Shown piece after piece: positions 12,063-26,700 of a stretch of 64,000 bases of DNA (positions are counted from its first letter, which is position 1; each line of letters starts with the position of its first letter). The stretch comes from Kondoa subrosea (Eukaryota). The DNA lies in NCBI GenBank assembly GCA_039545335.1, contig BCIN01000002.1:2696678-2760677 (forward strand). Reading direction: 5' to 3'. The notes under the pieces are model-generated. The model ran no database searches and was not told where the DNA came from. It saw nothing but the letters and a program-made list of their open reading frames with translations. The translations under genes were made by a program, and so were the position numbers.

Positions 12063-12450
12063 TGCTCGTTTCGAGTAGAGAATGCGTTTCTCGTCTTGAA
12101 CGTCGACATTAGTGCATCTGACCATTGCTGCGTCCTTGGCTGTGGTGCAGAGCATGTTGCTGCAAGAAAGTCCTTCAGTAGTGTCGGAGAGCACCTTGAT
12201 GATTATCTGTATTGCTGCTGAAGTAATCTCGCTTATCTGAGTGCAGTGCTTGCGTCGGCAGGGCCGACCGCAATGTCACGTTTCCGTTGGCTATTCCCTA
12301 TGCAAAACTCCGCTCTTCTCGAAAACTCTCGAGATTGTGTCGAAGCCTTAATCAGGTTTATATTTGTTTGCCCTATTTGTGTCCTTCTACGTCTTGCTTC
12401 TGGACCACCTCTTCGTTCTTCATCTTTACTCTCGAGATCTAGGCCCCAGG

Positions 12451-14426
12451 ATGCCAACTTTAGCTGAAAAGGGTTGGATCGCTCAACCAGACGGTTCATA
12501 TGAGCGAACGCTATACGGTCATGAATGTATTCTCTTTTACGTCAAGCAAGTCTTGTTTCATATGTCACAATCGTCTGTTTAGTACTGACTTGATCTTTAG
12601 TCGACCTGGCCCAAACTCAGTTCTTGGTAAATTTATTTGCGTCTTGTCATTCTTCTCTGATATAGGCACAATAGGCGGGCAGATCACTTTCCGCACAAAG
12701 ACTCCTCTTTCCGACCAAGCTCTCGACGAACAGCTCAAATCAGCTTGGTCCCGTTTACGTTACAAGTTCCCAGAAATAGCTTCAAGGGGAACGGTTACCA
12801 ATTGGGATGATCCATCGACCATCAAGCTCTCCTACAAATCAGTAGACAGTGGCGCAGTCAAGAATTGGGTCAATCATACTGTCTTGAGTCAAGGAGCCAT
12901 GAGCGCCGGTCAACTTTACGACCAAGTCTTGGGCTTTACTGTCAAGCCGAACGACGAATACCAAGCCATCATCAAGTATGCACCCAATAATGAGGGAGAT
13001 TGTTCTACCTTCCATCTATTGTGAGCTCTCTCGAAATTTACACATCAAGAATCAGGGAAAGCTCATCCATCACCGCAATGCAGTTTCACTGTTGGCCACT
13101 GGATTACAGACGGAAGAGGCTTGTTCATGCTATACGAGCAATTGTTGCAGTTTCTCGAGGGGCCTCCGTCCGCTCAACAACTTGACTGGGGCAAAGAAAT
13201 AGACAACCTACAGCCGGCTTTTGTAAGTGTTACACGTATCTAGAGAAGTAGAACTGACTTCTAGTAGGCTGTAGCTATTGGCTTACGCAAGTTTGAATCA
13301 AACGGGTGCTTAAACGCGATCGGAGGGTATGAGGAAGTTGTAGAGGGCTTCATGACCGGCATGGCTGCAATCATGGCGAGTGCGACTCGCTCGATAGTTA
13401 TATCAACTCACAATGCTTTTTAGCCTGCTTATGTTGGCCCAACGATATCATCCCAAGCGGTAGAGTCTGGCTCAGACGATATGATCCCTATGCTGAAAAG
13501 CCAAATTCGCTATAATCGTGAAGATACGAAAAAGCTTGTGACTGCCTGTCACCAGAAGCAGTGTGGAATAGGGTCTCTCTTTTCCATCATCTCGTTATTC
13601 GCTTTCGTCTCGTTCGACTATCCAGATTCTTTTGCACGACTAGAAGCTTCAAAGACTCTCCTCATCATCGCTGCTCCAATTGATTCTCGTTCTAGAGTCA
13701 TGGAAGCGTTTGGCGGTCCTGCAAATTACTTTTCTCCTGCGCGTTGGTTCATTTCTTTTTGTAACATTCGCAATACATTGACAAGGGAACGAATCAGTCA
13801 GCGGTGGTAATGTCTCGTGCGGTGCTGCAGAAGCTCTGGCAGTGCTCAAATCACCTGAAACACCCGAATCGATCGCCAAACTGTGGGAATTGGCTACAAC
13901 AGCCAAGAAGGACTTGAATGCAGCAGAGGTATGTCAATGTATGCCTTCTTTTAAGATTGCCTATGACTTTCAGCACAGGCCGATGATGGTTTCCTCAAGC
14001 ATACACCGCGATTCTGCAACGAAATTTACCCAAAGCTTTGTGAGTTGGTAGTTACCCGTCATAAGATTGCTGTCTCAATCTTTCATTCGCAGTGAACCAA
14101 GGTTACTTTGATGCTAAAGAAATTGGCAATTTCTACTCAGCACCTGGGAAAATGACCGATTACGTGCCTTCTGCTTTCAACAGATCCAATAATTGGACAG
14201 CTGAAGATCCGCGACAAAGTTATGCGAGCAGTCTAGGTCGAATCTTTCTTTTGGTTTGGGGTAAGTGTGCTTCATGAGCGCAATATGTCTCTGATAACGT
14301 GTTCTTGCAGAATGGAACGGCGAACTTATACTCGATTGCTTTGTTGATAAGGCTAGTCTGTCGCAAAAGAAGCTGGACCGATACGCAGACGAGCTGCGGA
14401 AGTGGGCAGGGCGGGTACTCTCATAA
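12451..14426 (+). CDS. CoA-dependent acyltransferase with HxxxDG motif (Tri3/alcohol acetyltransferase-like)
   Basis: AWSRLRYKFPEIAS and GHWITDGRG active-site motif near 13093-13120, LDWGKEIDNL; many introns. Confidence 0.65.
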
Positions 14427-14523
14427 AGCCGGTAAATGCGATATGCCTCATCTTACATCAAATTATACAGAAAGCTGGGATCATACAATATGAGAGGATC
14501 GGTTATTCTAGTTTTCGATGCTG

Positions 14524-15577
14524 CTATCTTCTCCCTCCAGTTTTTAGCTTCTGCAAAGTCTACAACCGCAAGCTTTTAGCATCCTTTATACACTTAGTCA
14601 AGACTTCTGCAAAACTCACTTCATCCTTTTTATCTTCAGCTCTCTGAAGAAAATCCTGTCTATCCAAATACCCATTCTTACTTTTCCTGCCTTTATCTAG
14701 ATCCTCTGTTAGCCCTTCTTCTTTCACATGTCTATTTTCCTGAATCAGAACTATGCTTGTGGTATTAGCGTGAAAAGAAGGAAGACTTACTTTTCCCAAT
14801 CCATCTTACTTTTCTCTAAAGTAGTTAATTTAGTCACTTTCCCTCCTGGAGCTAGTTTCGCAGAGAGTGAAGCGAGGGAAGCTTTCTTCTTTCTTGGCCC
14901 TGGTTTTGCTGCCGTTGAGGCAGGAGCTTGAGTAGTGGAAGAAGAAGAAGGTTTAGGTAAAGAAGGTTTTGACGACTGAGAAATAGAGTTATTTGTGCCT
15001 CTTTCGATCATATCGTTACGCTGTGTAGACGACAGAGTTGAAGAGAGAGCAGTAGAAGATGTGACTGATGCTGATGAAGGATTTTGCGAAAGATAGACGA
15101 TAGCTTCTTCCGAATCAGCAGGAACAGAGACTAGCTGTCTGTGCTAATTGTGAGAGGTTGAAATGATTAGAAGCAAATTGAGCATACTCTGTCTTCTGGC
15201 CAGCAAATTCGAAGATCCGTTTGATCGTTATCTTCTCCACCTGAGGTGGTTGAGCAGAAGTAGAAGCGACGTTTGGAATATCCGCAGGTGTGTCATTGAA
15301 CGAAGCCCAGATCGCGTCCACATCAGTTTTGGACATCCTGTGTATCTCATCAGATCAGACTTCATAGGGATTGAGCGATGACATGCTGCTCCTGTTCTGG
15401 CTCATCTTGAGTCTTCTTTCGACGTTTCTTTGGCCTCTCCTCATCAGAATCACTAGAATCCGACGACCCTCCTGCTGCATCTTTGTCGCCAGAATGCAAC
15501 TCTTTCAGCGTAGGCACGAAATCCTGGTCGTCTGCTTCGTCATCACTAGCTAGCTGGACACTGTTCAAGGTAGCCAT
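14524..15577 (-). CDS. SWC5: SWR1 complex subunit Swc5 (BCNT/CFDP1 domain)
   Basis: Acidic N-terminus SDDEADDQDFVP, IKRIFEFAG, BCNT domain KLTTLEKSKMDW...GYLDRQDFLQR. Confidence 0.9.
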
Positions 15578-15684
15578 ATCACGGAGATTATGTCAGTTGC
15601 TTGACTATAGAAAAGCAAGCAACATTTTCATTCGACTTGCTTTTCTGCTATCAGCGATATACCCAAGCTAGAAATTACTGGAGG

Positions 15685-18600
15685 ATGCCACCTAAACGAT
15701 ATTTCGAAGCTGTGGATGCTTCAGAAGACACACCTGAGCCATCCTTTGCAGCTGGTCCATCAGTCAAAAAAGCGAAGAAACAGCTCGAAAACGTAGCCCA
15801 AGATGTTTCTGCTACTACAGTACATGTCACAGGTCTACCTGAGTCTTGTTCGACTGAACAACTGAGTACTATGTTCTCCAATGTCGGACCGATCAAATCT
15901 GCTTTTGTCGTTTCTGATCGAATATCGCAAATCAGCAAAGGTTATGGGTTTGTCAAATTCGTCTTGCAACAAGATGCTGAAGAAGCAATTTCTACCTTGA
16001 ACGCTACTTCGCTGGATGGGAAAAAGATCAAAGTAGCTTGGGCGAATAGAAGGTTGAGGGATCCTACTGCTGCTGCTGGAGGAAGAGATGCTGAAGATCA
16101 GGCTTCTGTTACTACGACACCTCACGTCGAAAAAGAGAAACCAAAATGGATGGAAATGAAGGAGAAAGCAAAAGAAAGAGCTGCTGCTAATTTACTTAAT
16201 CGACCTTCTGTCCCTGTCTTTTCTCAATCTACTAGACCTGTTACAGCTGATCCAAAACGAACGATCGTCGTGCGAGGTTTACCTGCTGGCGAAAATGAAG
16301 CTGAAATGAAGAAAGCCCTGTACAAGAAAGCCAAGAAATTGATGGTTGGTTTACCTAATGTAGCAGAAGATGCTATAGTAGTCGTCGAATTTCCTGTCAA
16401 CCCAGAAGATCCTGTCGGTATGTCTGGTTTTCCTACACAATTGATCTGTAAGCTGAGATTGATGGAACAGCTCATGTTCTTCTGCCAACACCTAGAATCG
16501 CTTCTCTTCTATCTCAGAAACTCAACAACCATATCTTAAAATCGTCTCTTCTGACAACAGCTCTTCAATTCGAACTTGATGCCGTTTCCAAGAAAGGTCG
16601 ATCTTTAGGAGGAGGTCGATTGGTCTTACGAAACTTACACTATGAAATTTCTAATCAAGATATCAGATCCGTTTTCGCTCCCTTTGGTTCTATGCATTCA
16701 ATAGATTTACCTAAAGATTCAGAAGGCAAAGGTAGAGGTTTTGGTTTCGTTTGGATGTTGAGGAAACCGGAAGCTGAAAAAGCAATGAACAAGATCAATG
16801 GAAAGATATTGTACCCTGGGATGGGGGAAGAAAGGGAAAAAGAAGGTGGTGAAGGCAAAAAGCAGACCAGGAAAAGGAAGAAAGAAGAAGGAGTTGTCGA
16901 AGTCGAGAAAGAGAAAGGAAGAGTGGTAGCTGTGGATTGGGCACTAGGCAAAGGTCAATGGGAAGAGGCTCAGAAAGCTGAAGCGAAAGCGGATAAGGGA
17001 AGTGACAAGGAGTCTGCCTCGGATTCTGGCTCTGAAGAAGAATCGGATGACGATGAAAGCGATGGATCCAATTCTGAATCAGACGGAAGCGCGCCCGAAG
17101 ATCTCTCTGATGCTGATGCTGATGAAGATATGGATGATCGATCACTTGATAAAGGAAAAGAAGTTGGAACCACACTCTTCGTTCGCAATGTCCAATTCGA
17201 AGCTACGGAAGATGAGTTATATCAGCTGTAAGTGACTTGTCTCTATGGTTTTGCCATCCTTACACCAGACTGCTCCACAGGTTCAAGACGTTTGGCCCCG
17301 TTCGCTATGCTCGTATTGTCATGGATCCAGTTACGAATCGGTCCAGAGGCACTGGCTTTGTCTGCTTTTACAAAGATGAAGATGCTCAAAAAGTCATCGA
17401 TGCTTCCGAAAAGCTAGCAACGACAAACCCTGCTCCAGCTCTTAACCCTTTTGCCCAGCCTTCACTTCTCGTACCAGACCCGTCTTCTGGTTCTGCAGCA
17501 AATCTCTCGCTGCATGGTCGAGTCCTAGGGATCTCACCAGCTGTGTCTCGCGATGATGCAGACAAGCTGAGGGAAGATCGTGATAAGAAGGGCGAGAAGA
17601 AGGATCGGCGAAACATTTATTTGCTGAAAGAAGGTGGTGAGTCTATTTTCTGAGTATCTTTGCTTGTCCTGTGGACTCACTGGATTGCAGTAATTGACGT
17701 GGAATCGAAACAAGCAGATACCGTCAGCAAAATCGATCTTGAAGCCCGCACTGCATCTTATGAAGCACGGAAAGCACTCCTACGAACAAACCCATCTCTC
17801 TATGTCTCTCGAGTCCGTCTTTCAGTTCGTCAATTGCCTCTTTATATCACCGATTCGCTGCTGCGCAAAATGGCCATGCATGCTCTTCGCGAATTTCCAA
17901 AAGAAGTGAAAGCTCGTTCTCGACAAGATCTAAAGCCGGAAGAGTTAAAAGTAGAGGACGATGAAGTCGAACCAGTAAAAGTGAAGAAAGATGGAACAGT
18001 TATTCCGCCAGCTCGAGTTCGGCAAGCTAAAGTTCTTCGTCAAGCCGATCGCTTGGATCCTCTTACTGGTCTTGGTCGATCGAAAGGCTACGGTTTCCTC
18101 GAAGTCAGATCACATGCGGACGCGCTCAAAGTCTTGCGATATTGCAACGCCAATGCAGATATCATGAAACAACTGCGCACCTGGTGGCAGGATGAGCTCA
18201 AGAGCCAAATCATGAAAGAAGAGGATGAAACGCGCAAGAAAAGGCTCAACGAGAAACTGTCTGAATTGAAAGATAGCTCAGAAGGCAAGAAAGGCAGCCG
18301 AACCCTGATTTTGGAGCTTAGTATAGAGTACGCTGTTTGTGAACGTTTTGGTTGGGATATTGCTCATTCGTGTGTCTAGGAACGCTCAAACTGTCCGCCG
18401 ACGGGAGCAAATGGCTGAGAAAAGTCGAGAGCGATCGAAGAGAAAGTCGGATGATGTAGGTATCCAGATCTCATTATGACGTCTACTGATGTCGTCTTGT
18501 GATCAAAAGTCTGCTGTTCCGGAAGGCAAAAACAAACGAAAAGGTTCCAAAGACGCAAAGCCTGTGAAAGGTAGTAAGAAGCCTCGTCTTGATTCTGCCG

Positions 18601-18701
18601 CGACAGAAGATAAGCCAGTGAAAGAGACGCAATCTGGACCCAAGTCTCTAGGCTCTATAATCAGCCGCAAGAGGAAAGAAAAGAAAGCGAAACGAGGTTG
18701 A
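15685..18701 (+). CDS. NOP4: Nucleolar RRM protein Nop4/RBM28
   Basis: Multiple RRMs (SKGYGFVKF, GRGFGFV, TLFVRNVQF..SRGTGFVCF), DRRNIYLLKEG, LYVSRVRLSVRQLP, GRSKGYGFLE. Confidence 0.92.
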
Positions 18702-18859
18702 TTCACAGGACTATGTATATGCGCTTCTTTCTCTACTATGTACTATGCTGTATCTATGCAAACGCCCGTGCTATTTTTATGCGAACGTCCAACGAATACG
18801 ATATCTAATTACAATGCTCAACGGTCTTGACCCCAATGTTTGCCTTGTTTGAAGTGATA

Positions 18860-20885
18860 TCACCCGAGATCAAGTATGCTTTTCATGACTTTCAAAAGCT
18901 TCACTGCCGGCTCTTTAATCATGCTTTGACTTCTCCAGGCGACAAAGCGATCGGGTCTGACCAGAATCGCTCCATCTTCCTCTATCTGTGAGAGTTCCTC
19001 CCACTCAGAATAACAGTCATGGTAATCTCCCCCCAGACCAATGATATAAACCTTCATTGGCACTTGTATTTCTATTTGCACAGCTTCGACAGCAGCTTTC
19101 CACTTCGAACCGCTCGTGCCAGTGAAGAAAGAGAAAGCACCTTTCCCTGCTAAGTCGTGCGTTGATATGAGAGGTGAAGGAACGGGAGTCGACAGCCAAC
19201 AATGCGGTAGCCTATGACCCGGAAATGTTGAAGAGTCGTTTTCGGTGATTTGACAGCATGAAGGTTGAAAAAGATTAGGCTCATCCGACGAAACGACAGC
19301 TGACGAGGTGTAATACTGATTCATCTCGGTGCCTATGAATGATCTCAATTAGTCTATAATGTGGAATGAAGCCAACGCGAGTGTAATTCACCTAAACTTT
19401 GAAGCTCGTAGATTGTTTTGCGCATCGCTTGTCGGAACTCCGTCCTCTTCTCTGTCCCATTGTCGCTCATCAATCCATTGACCACCTGCTTTCCGTTAGG
19501 ATCCAAGACTCCTAAAGACTTCCATATCGCCAGATGATTTCGGAACGCATCGTTGGCGACTTGAACAATTTCTGCTCCAACAGGTTGCCGCTCTATAGAG
19601 AAGGTATCAAGGAGCTTCGGTCCAGCCTTGTTTTGCAGAACATAGGCCAATTTCCAAGCGAGATTGTAGCTATCTTGAATACTTGTATTGCGACCCAATC
19701 CAGCGAAAGGCGGATGTCGATGAACACTGATTATTTTTGGGAGCTATCAGCGTCTGGTCCTCAGAAAAATTGAGGATAGTGCTCACCTGTCACCCGCACA
19801 AAGTATTCGACCTTGTTGGTATGTCTTTGCTACTGATTCTTGAATTTGCCATTTCCAAACTCCGACTAGTTCGATATCGATCTTTTCCTCCGAACCCAGT
19901 AGGTTTCTTACGATCGCTAGGTACTCAATGTCCGATAGATGAGGATTCTTGCAGGCTGGCGATGGCATGAGAATGCTATTGGCAAAAAAGGCCACCTTAT
20001 AAGCAAGCCTAACTATCACACCTTGAAAGAAACGTACCATATCCACTCATTCCACGGCTCTACCATTCTGAATATACTCAACCACTCAGCGTTAGGTTGC
20101 AAGACCCATGTAAGCAAAGCTTCTTTCCCAGGCATATATCGAGTCAAGTCCATCTTGATATGAATATTGATTGCTAAGCCTGAGCCGGGTCCATGATCGA
20201 AATCCAAACCCAATTGTTGAACGATACTTGATTTAGCTCCATCGCAAGCCACTAGATAGCGAGATCGAAGTTTATATTCTGTTTGTGATAAGCGATCGAG
20301 AATAGTACTGGTTACTCCCTCTGAGTCTTGTGTAGCACTGAGCCATTGTGTGTCGAAGCGAACTTTAGCACCTTTGGTTGTAGCATGTTGTACAAGAAGC
20401 GGTTCCAGAACACCTTGCTCTATATTGCAATGTTTGCTTGGAGAGGCAGCCTCGTACCTGCCTACATTCGCAGGCCCATTACCGACAGCGTAAGCTCGGG
20501 CATATTCAGTTCCAAGAAGTCCATTTGTAAAACGTATATTTCGTAGATAATAAGAAGAAAGGGAAACACGCATGATAGATTCTTCGAGACCAATATCGCG
20601 AAACTGAATTTGCAAGCATAGGCATAAAAGAATGTGAACTGAAACTTGATTACGTACGCATTCATTCGTGCCAGCGTTCTGCACTTTTTTTTAAAAGGGA
20701 ATCAACGCGGACACGCAGGACAGTAGACGAATGTAAGATTTACTATGCGCTCGATGCGAATTGGCTGTGCTTCCATGCTTTGTAATGACAGTACAATTGA
20801 CACCTAGCGATCGAAGGAAACAAGCCAACGCGAGACCGCTTGGTCCAGCGCCTGATATGAGTACATCTGTCTGGATATCTGCCAT
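18860..20885 (-). CDS. FAD-dependent aromatic monooxygenase (PheA/TfdB-like)
   Basis: GAGPSG Rossmann motif, CDGAKS, GDSVHRHPP..GLG.NT.IQD.YNLAWKL, C-terminal PGHRLPH and LVRPD. Confidence 0.88.
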
Positions 20886-20985
20886 GATTAAGATGGGGGT
20901 ATACCGCTTTTATGTGGTATCTTGACTTGGCTGTTCGAGAACAACGAGAGAAATTGAATAAACCAAAAACGACGACGAGCCTGTG

Positions 20986-22166
20986 ATGGACGCATTCGAG
21001 GTTAGCGACTGGCTTGTAACAGCAGTATTGACGCGTTTCTGATTCAAGGCGATACTTCAACTGAATAGATTCGCCTTCGTTTCCTGGACATCTTGCGGAA
21101 ACTCACCTCTGCTCAAGCTTCAATACAAAAAGTATCAGCCTATGCAGTGAAGAACGCTAGGAAATCAAGTGATGATGTTTGGGACTGTATTGTGGAAGAA
21201 TGCGAGAAGGTGCGTAGCTCATATGTTCGAGACAAGTCTTGGGTTTTGAACTTTCGATACACATAGGGTTCTCTGAACGCCAGGATAAACATCTTTTACG
21301 CTCTGGATGGTTTATTGGAAGCTTCACTCAATGCGGGTACATTGGTCTACTTGGATTTGCTCAAGAGGGACTTGGGAAAGATTGTTGATCTTGTAGTACC
21401 GAAAACTAAGGAAGGACGTCTGAATATGATGAGCACAAGACAGGTCGGTCCATCTGATATATATCTTGGTATTTCTGGCTTATAATCAGCTTGCAGATCT
21501 TGCGAAGTTGGAAAACTCGACGAGTACTTGAACCCGAAATTATCGATCCAGTGGAGGAAGAGTTGTCAAGACGAACAGCAGAGTAAGTCTTCATCTGATC
21601 CGGAATCAGCGTATTCTCAGGCTACATTTAGTACTGCTGTTGTTGAAGTCGCAGCGGATCAAAGTAATACACTTGCAAAATTCTCGCGGAATGACATTCT
21701 TCGCCGGATAGAGGATGACAGAGAGAGGGTCAGTGATGATTGCGGTATCATGCGTTTGATGTCTTACTTTGCCGCCTTTATATGACAGCACAAACGACTT
21801 CGAGAACGAATATGGATATTACCAGCTCCAGCTTATGCAACAAAGGAAAGCTATCCCCGAGGTTCAGCAACTCTAGCAGCTCTAACAGGGAACGTCTCTT
21901 CATCCTTTGTTGCTCAATCACCTTTCTCTCCCGCTTCTCCAGCCTATAATCAATCCGCTCTTGCAGCCCTGGCAGCTGCTGGTCAAACAATGACTACATC
22001 TCCTTCTTCTTCTGTACCAAGTCAAAATCAACCTTCTCTAAGCTCTATTGATATCGAATTCGAACAACTGTGGGATCAGCATCCAGCTGCTGACGAAGGG
22101 GATTTAGAAGCGATGCGGATAGAGGCAGAGCGGTGTCAGGTTTCTTCTGGAATCAATGGGCAGTAG
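20986..22166 (+). CDS. CTK3: CTD kinase I gamma subunit Ctk3
   Basis: MDAFE-IRLRFLDILRKL..AQASIQKV, DVWDCIVEEC, LNARINIFY, ILRRIEDDRERHKRLRERIW. The 3' end is approximate. Confidence 0.85.
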
Positions 22167-22784
22167 TGCAGAGTCGCACAGATCATATGCATTATCAAGC
22201 ATCGTAGCTAGCTGCCGTCAGTTATCTTGACTTCTTACTTGACCGCGATTCATCATGCGCAACTGTTCAAATTGAGCAAAGCCTGCATAGAGATGCCGAG
22301 CATCCAGCAAGGCTGAAGCCAAAATGCTGGAGTAATCTCAGCGGATGCTCAAGACAAAGTGTTTGCGTCGGTACCGATAAAATCGAAATCCGCATCGTCA
22401 CTTCTTGCCTCAAGACCGTTCCCAGGTCGCAGTTGGCGTATTTCTCAGCCAGACTGAATTGACGCCTTAGGATAGCATTTCAAGCGGACTTGACCTTGGA
22501 AAGGAAGACACCCGATTCGCCGATGTTTCAGCAGTTTCACAGAGTGCAGCTAAACGTACAACAGGGTATTTCCGCAGCACAGGCAAGGCGCAAGAAAGAG
22601 AAAGGAAGGATCTGTCAATGAGAGGCAAACGAGACCAGACTTGTTCGACAGGGCAGATCAAAGTACTGATGCATTGTTATATCTATAGACTGCTACAGCA
22701 GGAGTCTAGAAATATGCATCTTGGCTGTAATGGAAAATTGAACTCGTGATGAGGTCTGTCAGAACATGAACGCAGCAGGATTAA

Positions 22785-23655
22785 AGCAACCTAACAAGAA
22801 GAACTCAGCTCAGAACCAAAGTACACCTCTTGCTTACTGACCTGAAAGATGGAGAACTAGTGGGCAACCTAGTCTCGACATCTTGCCAAATGCGCTGAAC
22901 TCGATTTCTTACTACCGCAGCTTTGTACCAGACGTGAAGCCTCTATCTCAGTTGGATAGAAACCGATTCAATGTCCTCTAGCCTAATACCTAGTAAGAAA
23001 GCAGTTTCTCTTGCCAGCAAGTTGCGTGAGGGAGAGAACTTGTGCCCATAAGTCTCGTCTTCATTCCCCTGATCGAATAAGACGCCAATGACTGACGGGA
23101 CCCCTGGAACTAGAGCCTCTTTTCAGTCATTGATGGCTTATCGAAATCTTGATTTTGAAGGTGGATGTAGAACAAGAAGAAGCAAAGTAGTAAATTCAGG
23201 TCGAAGCCTATTCTGTTTGCATTCCAGTTCTGCCCAGTTCCTGACTGATTCGATGAATTAGGATCGTAGCCAGTCCCAGCAGGAGCATGTACGCCAAGCA
23301 TAGTACGCGATGAGCTGAAAGATCAGCAAAACCGAATGAACGAGTTTCGCATGAAGATTTGCGACCGAGAATCAGCTTTAAAGATCTAGTATAGGGTTTC
23401 CAAGGATACGGGGAGTCTAGATATACATTCTGAGTCGGTCAGTAGCCACTTTCGCTGGGTATCGTTGGTCAAGAGGAAGATGCCTTCATTTTTGTACTTT
23501 CTTCTCAAACGATATCCAGCCTCTATTAGCAAGCGTATAACAAGCGTGTTCTCTTCGAGTTCGTCATGCAAACACACAAGATTCGTTATGTTCCTCTGCG
23601 CGTTGCTCGATTCTGCTCCTGTTGTTGATGACCTTTCTACATTACTCCAATGCAT
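22785..23655 (-). CDS. Hypothetical spliced protein; exon structure unresolved
   Basis: Open stretch MHWSNVERS...ISRLP downstream of the UTP20 stop, further open segments, and a canonical-looking intron at about 22791-22841. Confidence 0.3.
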
Positions 23656-23704
23656 ATTGTACAATGAGCTATTATTTACTTTTCCTTGATAAATGCGAAT
23701 TTGC

Positions 23705-26700
23705 TTAATCTCTTTGCTTCTTTCTACTTCCCTCGCCATGTGCTCTGCAAGATTGTGTGAATTTCGAGCATTCGCATGAAGTCCAACCTCAAACTCACAA
23801 AGCCTTTCTTTTTCTTGTCCGGGATTCAGTCTTCGACTTGAGGTTCTTTTTTCTCCTCTCGGCATTCAATTCAGGATTATTCACAATCTATGATCGATCC
23901 TTTCAGTCAATGCCCGTTTTAGCAAGCAAAAACTGACCATCATTGATTCCCTTTGCTTTCGCTTGTTTCTGTGCTCCAAGACCGATTGCTGTACTGCACT
24001 GTAGGCAGTAGAGAAAGCCGTAGTGCCGACTTTCTCTTGCAACAGTTCTTGTACCTCCCGTGCCAAAGATTGCAGAGCGACTATACAGAATATAATCAGT
24101 TTGAACTTCATCATTGAGACATAAGATAAGCTGACCCATTTGTTCGTCGGCGACTACTTGATTATCGTCTAATATACGATAGAGCGGAGTTATGATTGTG
24201 AATAACATAGGTTGCAAGGTTTCTGCTGATAGAGTATTGATCATGGCTGCAAACCACTTGAAGACAGAAGATGGTTGAAGAGACCACACGTGCTACGCGA
24301 TAATACAGCATCAGAACAGAAGACGAGACCCAAGGAGACATCATTGCTCACCGCTCCTTTGTCATATGGACTAGGTCGATTTACATGAGCTATTCTCGCT
24401 TGCCTTGCCAATTTGACAAAGATCCAGCGCAAAGGCTGCTCTTCTGGGTCAAAGGTAGCTGTATTATCATCTGCTTGAGCGAGAGAAGAAGAATTGGACC
24501 GGTCGGCATCAAGCGTAGCCAGATGTTTCCCAATAAAGAAAAGATTCTTGACAATCTGAAGCGCCAAGTGCTCATTTAGGACCTTACTTTCCATTTGAAC
24601 ACTAGAGTTGTTAGCTGATGCGATAAGAGCTGGTAAAGACATGACGCTTGTGCTGGTGTTGGCGATTTGCGCATTGTATATAGCTCCAACCAAGCGGGCC
24701 GCAGATAAACGAACCCAAGCATGGGAGTACAGAAGAAGTGCTTGTAGATTCGACCATTGAGCATCTGTGACGGAGATTGAAGAAGGTACAAGTGTAGCCA
24801 ATGTATTGCCGGCTTGCAGAGCTTGATATGGAAGTTGCCAAACTAGAGAAGTTGAGAGCACGTTCTCTTCTTGTTCTTCAACATCAGGTAGAGATACCGT
24901 GACTGCTAAGACTCGCCATACGCTTGACCAACATGCTGCGGAAACATCTTTTGCACTATCGGGACCCACCGCTTCCAAATAGATACCGAGCAGCTGTAAG
25001 GCCGTTCTTGTCAATTGCGGTTGCGTATCTGACGAACTCCAGGCAGCCAAGGTGTCAAAGAAGCCTTTGCGTTGCTCATCTGATGCACGTTTGAACATAA
25101 CCCTGATCAAAGCAGCAGCTGTTTCGCAGCATTTGGTTGAGATATCGTTGGCGACAATCATAACGAGACTGGCGAAGAAGAGATCAGAAGACTGTTGAGC
25201 CGTTTCGGGAGCGCATTTGGTCAAAAGAGCGTGAATGAGTTCCATTGCGGAAAGTCGACCAGACTCGTGAACGTAATCGAGGTTCTTGGCCAAAAAAGCG
25301 AGAGAAGTCTTCAAACGGCCACGGCCTTGAGGATAATCGAGCAGAAACTGGAGGAATATTGCTCGACATACTTCACGGACATGGTAAGACTGATTGGTTA
25401 CCAGAGTTTCTGCAACACGTTCCATGATTTCGTAGATCTCTGGTGACATGAACTTCCTAGACATGATGGATCGGAGTACTGCAAAGACCACAGCTTGGCG
25501 ATCAGGTTCTTCTAAATCAGGTGTAATGATTTTGATGAGCTCTGTAAGCTGTGCTTCAGTCAATTTGACGGTCTTGCAGTCTCTGATGATTGTTGCAAGA
25601 GCTCTGAGAGCACTTTGGGCTGTCTCGGACTCTGTATTGCCAGCAGTTCGCACTATAGCAAGCATTTGCTTGACCAATAAAGGTGCTGCTACTTCCAAAC
25701 TCTGCAGAGGACAACGCAGTAACGCGGCAGCTACTTTCATTCCGCGAGCTAGAATCAGGTCACTGTCCGAATAAAGAGTGTTGCCAACTGATGTGATGAG
25801 AGGATCCAACCGAGCTACAGTTTCTGGATCGCTCATTTCGAACTTGTTTCGGCGAAAAGCGGTATTGAGCAGATCCAGTCCAAAGGCCACAAAATGGTGA
25901 GCGTTTCGCGATGCCTGATCTCCTTCAAGTTTGCCAGATTTTCGCTCCAAAACAACTTCATGATCACTCGATATTTTCTGCTTGCCTGATCCACCAGCTT
26001 TTCGTGTTGTGAGGAATTTTGCATTGCGATTAATAAGAGATTGACACAGATTGAGAAGATCGAATGGTAATATGTTAACGTTCGTATGTAATCCTGTGGC
26101 TATACTGCTCAAAGCATCGTCAACTGTCTTTAGTGTCTTGAGACTTTCAGTCGAACGTAGGATTTCGCGTATCGGAGCTAAAAGAAGAGAGATTTGGGCA
26201 GGTAATATCCGTTTGGCAAGAATTTGCAAAGTATCGAGACTTTTGCAGGTTCGGACTTCGCGGAATTTGGTTTTGGATCTGAATTCCTGCGAATCTCTGT
26301 CTCGAGCTGGATGACCAAAGAGATCTGCATCTACCACGATGACAATATCGCTAATTGCAGATTGTAAATTGACCTCTTCAATAACTTCGCGTTCGGCGTA
26401 GCGAAGCAAAACAGCGTGAACTGTATGAGCCAGTACATGCTGTTGAGGACCTCTTTGTAAAGCACTTCTCAGTTCTTTGATTGCCGGAGCTAAAGCTTCT
26501 TGGCCTAGAATCTCGCAGGAGTTGCAGATGGCACTTTTTGCAGTATCTCTGGTTTCTTGAGTTCGACTGCGTAAGATATGGCTGAGCGCCATGAACAAAT
26601 TGCTGATCTGAAGAGTTCGAGATTGTTGAGGCAAGTGTTTTATAATGTGAGCGACTCCTTCGGCCACAGATATGCGCATCGATTCGTCTGATTCGTCCCG

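Noticed and set aside
22340..22720. Possible small secreted gene on the minus strand (SCALPV..., GLEAR)
   Set aside because: Intron-like signals are present, but I could not assemble a consistent open frame.
22746..22845. Possible box C/D snoRNA (GTGATGA...CTGA with ACACCTCT)
   Set aside because: Only about 8 nt of rRNA-like complementarity, from memory, and the spacing to box D is wrong. The segment also reads as a canonical minus-strand intron.
23656..23865. N-terminal part of the 159-aa ORF MPRGEK...
   Set aside because: It is an alternative frame of the last UTP20 exons and intron.
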